From: Allobaculum fili
GTDB lineage: Bacteria; Bacillota_I; Bacilli_A; Erysipelotrichales; Erysipelotrichaceae
Assembly: GCF_020969955.1 (NCBI RefSeq)
Contig: NZ_JAHDSX010000051.1
Span: 1-15,229 of the forward strand
Direction: 5' to 3'
DNA: 15,229 nt
Shown here: one piece after another, positions 1 through 6,810 of the stretch
Position numbering within the stretch: position 1 is the stretch's first letter
Layout of the letters: the number at the start of each line of letters is the position of its first letter
Notes under the pieces: generated by a model
Told to the model about the DNA's origin: nothing
Databases searched by the model: none
Seen by the model: only the letters and a program-made list of their open reading frames with translations
Made by a program: the position numbers and the translations under genes

Positions 1-64
1 GTCAATAGATTTTTAGAAAAAAGTGAAAAAACTCGAATCATTCGAGATTTGACTTGAAGAGTAG

Positions 65-101
65 AAAAAAGACCACATCACTGCTTAACGCTGATGTGGT
101 C
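65..101 (-). terminator. Rho-independent terminator downstream of the nitroreductase gene
   Basis: Perfect 10-bp inverted repeat GACCACATCA (71-80) / TGATGTGGTC (92-101) with an 11-nt loop. On the minus strand it is followed by T6 (A-run 65-70). A weaker second hairpin CTCGAA/TTCGAG (32-46) plus T-run lies just beyond. Confidence 0.6.
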
Positions 102-215
102 TGAGAAATCTTAACTTAATGACATTGCTCCTCTTACCAGAAAAAAACTCCGCAGAATTCAGTGACCTGCGAAGCAAAAATGATAGTCGTCTTTTTAGAA
201 AGCGAAGAACGCCGG

Positions 216-725
216 CTATTCGATCCAGCGAATACGCTCTGGATCAAAATGTTCAGTTACATGAACGTCCTGCTTTGGATAGCCAAACGGAACCAGCGCA
301 ATCGATTCTAAAGTTTCATCCAGCTGAAGAACATCCGCCATATACTTCATTCGGTCTTTCAAAGGGGCTACGCCAAGGCAGACGCCGCCCAGACCGAGCG
401 CTGTGATTTCCAGAAGCAGGTTTTCGATGCAGATGCCCATGTCGATTTCATTGTAGGGCGGACAGCTGTTCTCCTTGCGACACAGAACGGCAAGCAAAAC
501 CGGCGCGCCGGCCGCAAAATGCGAATATGGAGAAATGCCGGCCAGTCGGGTTTTCATTTCCGGATTGGTGATAACTGCAAATTCCCAGGGCTGGCTGTTC
601 ATGGCGCTAGGCGCCTGCATGCCGGCTTTGAGAACATCGATAATCTGTTCGCGCGATACGGGCTGATCGGTCCACGCCCGCACGGAAGCGCGTTTAAAAA
701 TTGGATTTTCACTGCAGGATTCCAT
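216..725 (-). CDS. Nitroreductase-family flavoprotein (169 aa from the internal start)
   Basis: The ORF contains the nitroreductase signature region PIFKRASVRAWTDQPVSREQIIDVLKAGMQAPSAMNSQPWEF. The ATG at 725 is preceded by GGGAGGAACCTT (SD GGAGG), whereas the 60 codons upstream in the 229-aa ORF are Cys/Arg-rich and implausible. Stop codon is TAG. Confidence 0.85.
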   Translation of the reverse strand: MESCSENPIFKRASVRAWTDQPVSREQIIDVLKAGMQAPSAMNSQPWEFAVITNPEMKTRLAGISPYSHFAAGAPVLLAVLCRKENSCPPYNEIDMGICIENLLLEITALGLGGVCLGVAPLKDRMKYMADVLQLDETLESIALVPFGYPKQDVHVTEHFDPERIRWIE

Positions 726-924
726 AAGGTTCCTCCCCGGCTCCTGAGGAAATGTCGCAATACGGTAAGAACTGCAGAGCGGCAAAAACGTGCAGGAGCT
801 TCTTTTTTCTTCAGTATAGTTATCGCGCAGGCAAAGCGCAGAGGGAATGAACGAAAAGCACAGACGAGAACGGCGCCTGGAAAGGCGCACGCAGATTGTT
901 TTCAAGTGCTCTCTATCCTGCGCA

Positions 925-964
925 AAGAAAAACGATGGCCTGTTCTGTCATCGACAGGCCATCG
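925..964 (-). terminator. Rho-independent terminator of the phosphatase/GTPase-NYN operon
   Basis: 11-bp perfect stem CGATGGCCTGT (933-943) / ACAGGCCATCG (954-964) with a 10-nt loop. It lies immediately after the TAA stop (968-970) and is followed on the minus strand by TTTTTCTTT. Confidence 0.7.
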
Positions 965-967
965 TTT

Positions 968-3490
968 TTAATGCTTTTTAAGTGCTGCAAAGGCGCTTTC
1001 GTTGACGGAGAGAACTGCGCGTTCGAGTTCTCTGGCGGAAATTCTTGTGGCGCCATGGGAGAAGACGGAGTTCTGAATGAGGCCGTCGCTCGTGGCGGCA
1101 ATGCAGTGAAATTTGCCTTTGAGATCCGCGGCCTTCTTTTCAATCCAGGCATCTGCGCTGATGCCGGATGGCGTGTACACAATCGAAGCGGATCCGTTTT
1201 TGGAAGAGGAGCCGGGATTGCCTTTGCGGCGGTTGCCGTCAAAGACCACGATCAGCGAATACCCTTTGTACCCCTGGTAGTTGATGAGCAGACTGATCAG
1301 CTCTTCGCGCGCATCCGATAAAGAATGCGAGGAAATTTCGCGCAGAGACGGCCATGAGTAAATCATGTTATACCCGTCGACGATCAGAACCGTTGGCAGA
1401 TGCGAGAAGGTCGTAACCTGCGTTGGTTCGAGCGACAGGTCGGTTCGTTTCTTTTTGGATGGACCGGCTTTTTTCGCGTTCTGGTTGCTGCCGCCGGCGT
1501 TCTGGAAGACGCGGTTCAGCTCCTGCGCGGAAACTTTGGACGAGTTGATCGAAATCGAAGAAACCGTCTGGGTATTGTCCACGGGCGGAATGTGCAGGTG
1601 GTCTTCCACCTCATCCCATTCGATCGTAAGGCCGACACCGTTCGAGCAGAATACCGATCCCGAAGGATAGAAGCGGTCGAGGCTTTCGTCGTAGCCGATC
1701 TGTTCGATGACTTCCTCGGCGTTTTCGCAGCGGTCGTAGCCGTCGTTTTCCACGGAAATATCGGCACGCCCTTTGGAAAGGGAGGCAAGTGTCGTATTCA
1801 GATTCATCAGCGTGCTGACCGGACCGCGTCCGGTAATGCGCATTTTTCCCGATTCCATTTCTTCTACCTGAACTTTGGCGCGTCGGGTTTCGAGTTCGTA
1901 CAAAATGCGGGAAAGATCTTCGGCAGGCGTTGTGATTTCAAAACGGAAAAACGGTTCCAGCAAGACGTTCTGCGCCTTTTTCAGGCCCTGGCGCATCGCC
2001 CGGGATGCTGCCTGACGGAAGTCCCCGCCCTGCGTATGTTTCTGGTGAGCGCGGCCGGCGATCAGCGTGACATGAATATCCGTCAGCGCGGATCCGGTCA
2101 GAATGCCTTTCTGGACGTGATCCGAAAGGGAAGAGAGGATGAGCCGCTGCCAGTTCAGAGACAAAACGTCGCGGGGAACTTTGGACGAATACGTCATGCC
2201 CGATCCGCGTTTGCCCGGTTCGAGCATCAGGTGCACTTCGGCATAGTGGCGAAGCGGTTCAAAATGGCCGTAGCCAAAGACGGTATCGTCAATCGTTTCC
2301 TGGTAGACGATTTTCCCGTTTCCAAATTCGCATAAAATACCGGTGCGTTCGTAAATCCGGTTTTTGAGAATTTCTTTCTGAATTTCGCCCATCAGACGGA
2401 TGGAAATCGTCTGGGACGCTTCATCGAATTCGATCTGAAGCATCGGATCTTCCATCATCATCTGCCGCAGCGGCGCCATCATCGTGACCGGATCTACACC
2501 GGCCGGCAAAATCAGTGCGTAGCACAGGGAAGCGCTCAGCTGCGCTTCTTTGCGCGACGTCTCAAAACCGAGTCCGTCGCCAGGTTTCAGATTCTGAAGC
2601 CCTTTGACCAGAACGATATCGCCCGCCGAAGCTTCCTTGACGGGACGAATGGACTGTCCGTTCGCCATGAAGAGCTGATCGGCTTTCTGATCGCCGCGCT
2701 CATCGTGAATTACATCTTTGGCGTGGAGCGTTCCGCCGGTCAGCTTAAGATGGGCAATCGGCGCCTTGGCGGAATCGAGCGTGATTTTAAAGACGCGCGC
2801 CCCAAATTCTTCTGGATATTCCTGTTCTGGCGTATAGGCAAGCAGAGCATCGAGCAGTTCGCTGATGTTTTCGTTTTTCAGTGCGGAGCCAAACAGCACC
2901 GGAAATGCCTTGCGCTCCTTGACGGCCTGCGCCATGGACGCGGGGGAGAGGGTTTCGGTCTGTACAAATTCATCGAGCAGCTTTTCGTCGAGCGCCGCAA
3001 ACTGTTCGATCCAGTCGTCCACGCTCAGATCTACGATTCGGGTATCCAGATTTTTCTCAATGTCCGAAAGCAGTTCTTCTTTGGAATAGGACGTCGCGTC
3101 CATCTTGTTGACAAAGAGGATGGACGATACCTGATACGCATCCAGGCATTTCCAGATTGTGCGGGTATGCGACTGTACGCCATCTAATGCACTGATCAGA
3201 ACGATGGCCGTATCGAGAATGGAAAGCGAACGTTCCATTTCAGCGGAAAAGTCGGCATGGCCCGGCGTATCGATGACATTGATCGTTGTATCCTTCCAGG
3301 TGAAGGAAGCCTGCTTGGAATAAATGGTAATTTTTCGTTTTCGTTCCTGCTCGTCAAAGTCGAGAAAGGCGTCCTGATGATCGACGCGTCCAGCCTTGCG
3401 GATCTGGCCGGAGGTCAGAAGCATGCTTTCAATACAGGTGGTCTTTCCGGCATCGACATGCGCAAGAATCCCGGTTGTGATGGTTCTCAT
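968..3490 (-). CDS. TetM/TetO/EF-G-like translational GTPase fused to a C-terminal YacP/Rae1-type NYN endoribonuclease domain
   Basis: A single uninterrupted ORF. N-terminal G motifs are AHVDAGKTT (G1), DTPGH (G3) and NKMD (G4). The sequence is collinear with ribosomal-protection/EF-G proteins (ISALDGVQSHTR..FVNKMD; EF-G IV/V-like LEPFFRFEITTP). The C-terminal ~140 aa (LIVDGYNMIYSWPSL, LIVVFDG, SADAWIE, ATSDG, SARELERAV) matches the B. subtilis Rae1/YacP pattern. SD AAAGGAAG is best spaced for the second ATG (3490); the first ATG at 3496 is an alternative start. Confidence 0.85.
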   Translation of the reverse strand: MRTITTGILAHVDAGKTTCIESMLLTSGQIRKAGRVDHQDAFLDFDEQERKRKITIYSKQASFTWKDTTINVIDTPGHADFSAEMERSLSILDTAIVLISALDGVQSHTRTIWKCLDAYQVSSILFVNKMDATSYSKEELLSDIEKNLDTRIVDLSVDDWIEQFAALDEKLLDEFVQTETLSPASMAQAVKERKAFPVLFGSALKNENISELLDALLAYTPEQEYPEEFGARVFKITLDSAKAPIAHLKLTGGTLHAKDVIHDERGDQKADQLFMANGQSIRPVKEASAGDIVLVKGLQNLKPGDGLGFETSRKEAQLSASLCYALILPAGVDPVTMMAPLRQMMMEDPMLQIEFDEASQTISIRLMGEIQKEILKNRIYERTGILCEFGNGKIVYQETIDDTVFGYGHFEPLRHYAEVHLMLEPGKRGSGMTYSSKVPRDVLSLNWQRLILSSLSDHVQKGILTGSALTDIHVTLIAGRAHQKHTQGGDFRQAASRAMRQGLKKAQNVLLEPFFRFEITTPAEDLSRILYELETRRAKVQVEEMESGKMRITGRGPVSTLMNLNTTLASLSKGRADISVENDGYDRCENAEEVIEQIGYDESLDRFYPSGSVFCSNGVGLTIEWDEVEDHLHIPPVDNTQTVSSISINSSKVSAQELNRVFQNAGGSNQNAKKAGPSKKKRTDLSLEPTQVTTFSHLPTVLIVDGYNMIYSWPSLREISSHSLSDAREELISLLINYQGYKGYSLIVVFDGNRRKGNPGSSSKNGSASIVYTPSGISADAWIEKKAADLKGKFHCIAATSDGLIQNSVFSHGATRISARELERAVLSVNESAFAALKKH

Positions 3491-3508
3491 TTGCATCTTC
3501 CTTTCTCT

Positions 3509-4132
3509 CTATCTTTTTTCTTCATGCGCATCGTCATCGCGGACACATGAAGACGGAGTCAGCGGCTGCAGGCTGTCCCGGTGCAGCGTATCGGTATCGA
3601 ATACCTTCACCTCACAGTTTTGATAGAATGCGCCGGCATAGGCTTCATTATCCATGCCTTTGAAATAGTTTTCAATCACCCGGCAAATTCCGCCGTGCGT
3701 TACGAGAAGAACATTATGCGCCTTTGACGGATACTGTTTCTGAAGCTCGTCGAGAAAGGTGTATACCCGGGCGGCCACATCCAGAAACGATTCCCCGCCT
3801 TCAAACGGCTTGAAGTACTGATGCTTTTCTTTCTGGTATTCGGGATCATTGCGCAGAGCGCCTTCAAAAACGCCAAAGTTCTGTTCGATCAAAGCCGGGG
3901 CGATTTTCATCGCAAAAGGAAAGCTCGTGTTTTTTGAAATGGCCTCTCCGGTCTGCATGGCCCGTTTCATGGGCGAGCAGTACACAGCGTCAAAGGCAAT
4001 GTCTTTCAGTGCTTTACCTGCCTGATCGGCCTGCTTTAAACCCGTGTAATTGAGCGGTTCATCCGTTCGGCCCAGAACGCGGTTCTGATGGTTAATATTT
4101 GTTTCTCCGTGACGAATCGTATAAATTTTCAT
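3509..4132 (-). CDS. Histidine phosphatase superfamily protein (phosphoglycerate mutase / CobC-like branch)
   Basis: N-terminal RHGET catalytic motif (MKIYTIRHGETNIN) and a second catalytic His in LLVTHGG. SD AAAGGAA lies upstream of the ATG at 4132. The TAG stop is 12 nt (18 nt to the favoured ATG at 3490) from the downstream GTPase start, consistent with co-transcription. Confidence 0.85.
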   Translation of the reverse strand: MKIYTIRHGETNINHQNRVLGRTDEPLNYTGLKQADQAGKALKDIAFDAVYCSPMKRAMQTGEAISKNTSFPFAMKIAPALIEQNFGVFEGALRNDPEYQKEKHQYFKPFEGGESFLDVAARVYTFLDELQKQYPSKAHNVLLVTHGGICRVIENYFKGMDNEAYAGAFYQNCEVKVFDTDTLHRDSLQPLTPSSCVRDDDAHEEKR

Positions 4133-4513
4133 GATAAAAGTTCCTTTCTGTCATCGGCTTTCGTCGACGGCCGCAGAGGAATATGGAATTGACTGCAGGA
4201 AGGACAAACGCCGTACAAAAGCGGCTCTGGAAAACGCAGTCAGTTTATAAGGCTGTTTCAAAGACGTTGCTTCATCTGTTTTTAAGGAAAACCGGCAAAA
4301 TCAGAACGGTCCTTTTAAGCCGGCGAACATTTTGGGACAAAGCGCATGGTCAGCCACCTGACAATCCGTTCCTGCAGGGACTGGTTCTGTTCTTTACTAT
4401 AACCGGTTGAAGAAAGGCGTGCCGTTTCAAAAACGAAGAAGCCGGCTTGTGCCAGACGGGCCCAATCGAACAGGCCCGCAAATTTTGAGCAAGTACATGA
4501 AGGAGGGAAAAAG

Positions 4514-6043
4514 ATGAGAGATTCACACAACGATTTTTTTGGCGGTACCCAATCGTCAGAAGATACAAAGAAAGAAACCGTGTATGAAGAGGATCTGCGT
4601 GAAGAAGATCTTTATCTTTTTGAAGATCCGAAAACGGCGACATCTAACGACATAAATTCAGCTGCTCAGCCGTCCAAACCGGTCGTTTTGCGTCCTCTGC
4701 CGCAGCAGGCAAAACCGGATCTGTCCAGTACTGCTTCCAGAGAACAGCCAAAACGAAGCGTACCCCAGACGGATTTCCGCTCGCGCAGGGATATGCCGGA
4801 TATTCCGGCTGATGCGCAAAGCAGCCCATATGGGAAGACATCCAGATCTTCGGACTTTGCAGAAGAAATGGACGAGTATTCAAATCCCTCTTCAGGTTAT
4901 GATGCAGACCACTGGGATCCCGCCTGTGACGAAGATCGTTACGACATCCATACCGGTCAGGATTCTGACTTTGACGATGCGCCGTACGAAGACGATCAGC
5001 CTCTCCTGCAAAGAGAATACACAGAAGACGACAGCCGTTCGCGAAGAAGCCGCCGCTCTTCCAGACGTTCCCGCAAAGACCGGGATCGGGACGATCGCCG
5101 CTCATCCAGAGCGCAGGATCGAAAGGAAGCCCGTGCAGCCCGCCGCCGCGAAGACGACGAAGATAAGGAGGACGCATACTTCAATCATCGCCAAAACAGA
5201 GAATATGTACAGGACAACGATCCAGAACCGTCTTCACGCAGATCTCGCAGTCGAACAGCGCCATCCGATGAATATGATGACGAGTACGAGACGCATGCCC
5301 ATTATGAGGACGACCCTCGAGACTCCAGAGACCGCTCCGGCCGTCGAGGGGGAGGCATTCCATGGATTTTGCAGGCGGTACTCTATTCGGCTTTAGGTCT
5401 TGGCCTCGGCCTTTTTGCCCGCTATATTGATCTTCATCCTTCCGACAGCACGATCCAGTCGCTGGCCGTTTCACTTTCGGATCTTCCGTTCTGGATGATG
5501 TGTGCCGTCGGGATCAGCGTCTATTCCAAAAACGGCCTGGCGGCGTTCGCGAACGTTCTGCTGTTTTTCTCCTTCATGGATATTGCCTACTACTGGTATT
5601 CCTATCAGTACGATGGAACGCTTCTGATGAAGCTCTTCGTCTTCTGGGGTCTGCTGGGGGCGGCGAGTTCGCTGCTGGCGCCATTTGTGCATTACGCCAA
5701 GTCGAAGGGCGTATTCGGCTTTGTGCTTTCTGTACTGATTCTTGCGGTGCAGGCGATTCTGACCGGCTGGTCGGTGATCGGCTGGAACTTTCTCTGGTTC
5801 GTCGGCTCGATGCTGTTTCTTTCCCGCAAATCCATATTCATGACGCTGCTCATGGGTCTGGCCGGCGGTCTGCTTGGCATTGGCGTCTGGATGTATCTGC
5901 ATCAGATCGGCGTGAGCAGTCTGCTTCGCCATTCCACAAGGACCGGTGAAGAATCGGCTTTTATGGTCTGGATTAAGCAGACGGATCTGAGTGTCTGGCT
6001 CGAACAGCTTCTGTACCGTCTGGGCATGGTTCCTGGTCAGTAA
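4514..6043 (+). CDS. Membrane protein with a long intrinsically disordered, highly charged N-terminal region (Arg/Ser/Asp/Glu-rich) and ~7 C-terminal TM helices; family unknown
   Basis: Strong SD GAAGGAGGG 6 nt upstream of the ATG. A terminator follows the TAA stop. The C-terminal 220 aa is a run of hydrophobic helices (IPWILQAVLYSALGLGLGLF, LAAFANVLLFFSF, VFGFVLSVLILAVQAIL, IFMTLLMGLAGGLLGIGVWMYL). The N-terminus contains DDSRSRRSRRSSRRSRKDRDRDDRRSSR. Confidence 0.75.
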   Translation: MRDSHNDFFGGTQSSEDTKKETVYEEDLREEDLYLFEDPKTATSNDINSAAQPSKPVVLRPLPQQAKPDLSSTASREQPKRSVPQTDFRSRRDMPDIPADAQSSPYGKTSRSSDFAEEMDEYSNPSSGYDADHWDPACDEDRYDIHTGQDSDFDDAPYEDDQPLLQREYTEDDSRSRRSRRSSRRSRKDRDRDDRRSSRAQDRKEARAARRREDDEDKEDAYFNHRQNREYVQDNDPEPSSRRSRSRTAPSDEYDDEYETHAHYEDDPRDSRDRSGRRGGGIPWILQAVLYSALGLGLGLFARYIDLHPSDSTIQSLAVSLSDLPFWMMCAVGISVYSKNGLAAFANVLLFFSFMDIAYYWYSYQYDGTLLMKLFVFWGLLGAASSLLAPFVHYAKSKGVFGFVLSVLILAVQAILTGWSVIGWNFLWFVGSMLFLSRKSIFMTLLMGLAGGLLGIGVWMYLHQIGVSSLLRHSTRTGEESAFMVWIKQTDLSVWLEQLLYRLGMVPGQ

Positions 6044-6118
6044 TCAAAAACAATCGGAAACTATCTCTTATTGGTTAACGTTTTCCCTTCGATTTTCTCC
6101 CTGTTCTTTCGTTTTTCT

Positions 6119-6157
6119 GCCCGCTAGTGTGCGCCAGGCACATACAGCGGGCTTTTT
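6119..6157 (+). terminator. Rho-independent terminator of the 509-aa gene
   Basis: Outer stem GCCCGCT (6119-6125) / AGCGGGC (6146-6152), inner stem TGTGC/GCACA, followed by T5 (6153-6157). Confidence 0.65.
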
Positions 6158-6163
6158 GGCGGC

Positions 6164-6197
6164 ACAAAAAAATCCAGCCGCAAAAGGCGACTGGATT
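6164..6197 (-). terminator. Minus-strand Rho-independent terminator with no annotated gene upstream of it
   Basis: Stem AATCCAG..CTGGATT (6171-6197, one internal mismatch). On the minus strand it is followed by a T-run (A-run 6166-6172). On the plus strand no T-tract follows, so it is oriented for minus-strand transcripts coming from the tRNA side. Confidence 0.5.
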
Positions 6198-6397
6198 GGA
6201 AAGTTTCTGAAACCGATTTTTTCGTTATAGCCGTTCGTAACGGACAAAGGGAACCGCCAGGATGAGGGGAGCAGCAGACCTCAGCGGCGAAATAGAGCGC
6301 ACGACTCGGCACGGTCTGAAAAAGACCTTCCCCGGAAGGAGGCTGCAAAGGAAAGCAGGATGCTAAGGAAAATGGAAAGTCTCGCTCAAAAAAGCGC

Positions 6398-6427
6398 AAA
6401 AAAATCGAACACTGCGAAGTGTTCGAT
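6398..6427 (-). terminator. Rho-independent terminator of tRNA-Lys
   Basis: Perfect 10-bp stem ATCGAACACT (6404-6413) / AGTGTTCGAT (6418-6427) with a GCGA loop. On the minus strand it is followed by T-rich TTTTTTTGCGCTTTTTT. It starts 12 nt after the tRNA 3' end. Confidence 0.7.
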
Positions 6428-6438
6428 CTGGTTTCAAG

Positions 6439-6514
6439 TGGTGGATCCTTAGGGATTCGAACCCTAGACCCACTGATTAAGAGTCAGTTGCTCTGCCAGC
6501 TGAGCTAAGGATCC
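6439..6514 (-). tRNA. tRNA-Lys (anticodon CUU), 76 nt with encoded CCA
   Basis: The reverse complement GGATCCTTAGCTCAGCTGGCAGAGCAACTGACTCTTAATCAGTGGGTCTAGGGTTCGAATCCCTAAGGATCCACCA folds by hand into a cloverleaf. It has a 7-bp acceptor stem, D stem GCTC/GAGC, anticodon stem ACTGA/TCAGT with loop CTCTTAA (CTT at 34-36), T arm TAGGG-TTCGAAT-CCCTA and discriminator A73. Confidence 0.95.
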
Positions 6515-6560
6515 ATGATTTGTTTTGTCATGAGAACTTGCGCCCTCGTGACTGCCTGAA

Positions 6561-6588
6561 CATAATAACACAGCTGGGCCGGAATGCA
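6561..6588 (-). promoter_or_regulatory. Putative sigma-70-type promoter for tRNA-Lys
   Basis: Minus strand reads TTGCAT (-35, 6583-6588), a 16-nt spacer, then TGT-TATTAT (extended -10, 6561-6566). An A/T-rich UP-like tract (TTTTTTTCATTTTTTTGTTTTT) lies upstream. The element sits ~45 nt before the mature tRNA 5' end. Confidence 0.5.
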
Positions 6589-6694
6589 ATTCCAAAAACA
6601 AAAAAATGAAAAAAAGTTGATTTTCAACGGGCGTGTAAAAATTAAGGCGCGTTCGATTCGAACACAGAACAGACACAAAAGAAAACCGATGCAT

Positions 6695-6722
6695 TTGCAA
6701 TTGAAGAAAGGCTGCCTAAAAT
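6695..6722 (+). promoter_or_regulatory. Putative sigma-70-type promoter for the FemAB-family gene
   Basis: TTGCAA (6695-6700), a 16-nt spacer, then TAAAAT (6717-6722). The -10 overlaps the ATG at 6721 of the long ORF version, which argues for the downstream start at 6811. Confidence 0.45.
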
Positions 6723-6810
6723 GTTAGTTCGTTCGCCGTCCCCTCAAATTGGAAGAGATATTGTGACAGGGTATAATGAAGGCGCGTTTATTAAAGATTG
6801 GAAGATATTC

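Noticed and set aside
216-905. The full 229-aa version of the nitroreductase ORF starting at 905.
   Set aside because: The first 60 codons (MKTICVRLSRRRSRLCFSF...) do not resemble the family. The internal ATG at 725 has a GGAGG SD, and from there the protein has the normal nitroreductase length and N-terminus.
1400-2335. A 311-aa plus-strand ORF, plus other ORFs (896-1321, 913-1242, 1365-1670, 2705-3187, 3257-3550), overlapping the GTPase-NYN gene.
   Set aside because: All are antisense or out of frame relative to a CDS with unambiguous GTPase and NYN motifs. They have no RBS and low-complexity, Arg-rich translations.
968-3496. Calling the GTPase a tetracycline-resistance ribosomal protection protein (tetM/tetO).
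   Set aside because: The similarity is at family level only. The domain-IV loop region (AHQKHTQGGDFRQA) differs from what I recall of TetM, the protein carries an extra nuclease domain, and no mobile-element context is present. A resistance phenotype cannot be inferred.
4497-4517. A 6-codon mini-ORF (ATG AAG GAG GGA AAA AGA TGA) overlapping the start of the 509-aa gene as ATGA.
   Set aside because: It consists essentially of the SD sequence of the main gene and has no RBS of its own. It is almost certainly coincidental.
4644-5932. Several 60-190-aa ORFs on both strands (4644-5177, 4812-5396, 4996-5184, 5181-5474, 5471-5932, 5500-5949) inside the 509-aa gene.
   Set aside because: They are generated by the purine-rich, low-complexity coding sequence of the charged N-terminal region and the GC-rich TM region. 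None has an SD, and only the 4514 frame has a strong RBS, a coherent TM domain and a terminator.
6310-6370. An SRP (4.5S) RNA-like motif CCGGAAGGAGGCTGC...GGAAAGCAGGATGCTAAGG on the plus strand.
   Set aside because: It resembles the helix-8 GGAA tetraloop region only superficially. The conserved GGAAGCAGC asymmetric-loop sequence and its 5' partner GGUCAGGUCC are not present, there is no closing helix, and no plus-strand terminator follows.
6044-6514. tRNA-Lys as an integration site for a mobile element or genomic island.
   Set aside because: No integrase or recombinase gene is present, and I found no direct repeat of the tRNA 3' end elsewhere in the window. The only match is a 9-nt GGATCC-containing sequence inside the hydrolase CDS, which is expected by chance. 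Flanking genes are ordinary housekeeping or envelope genes.
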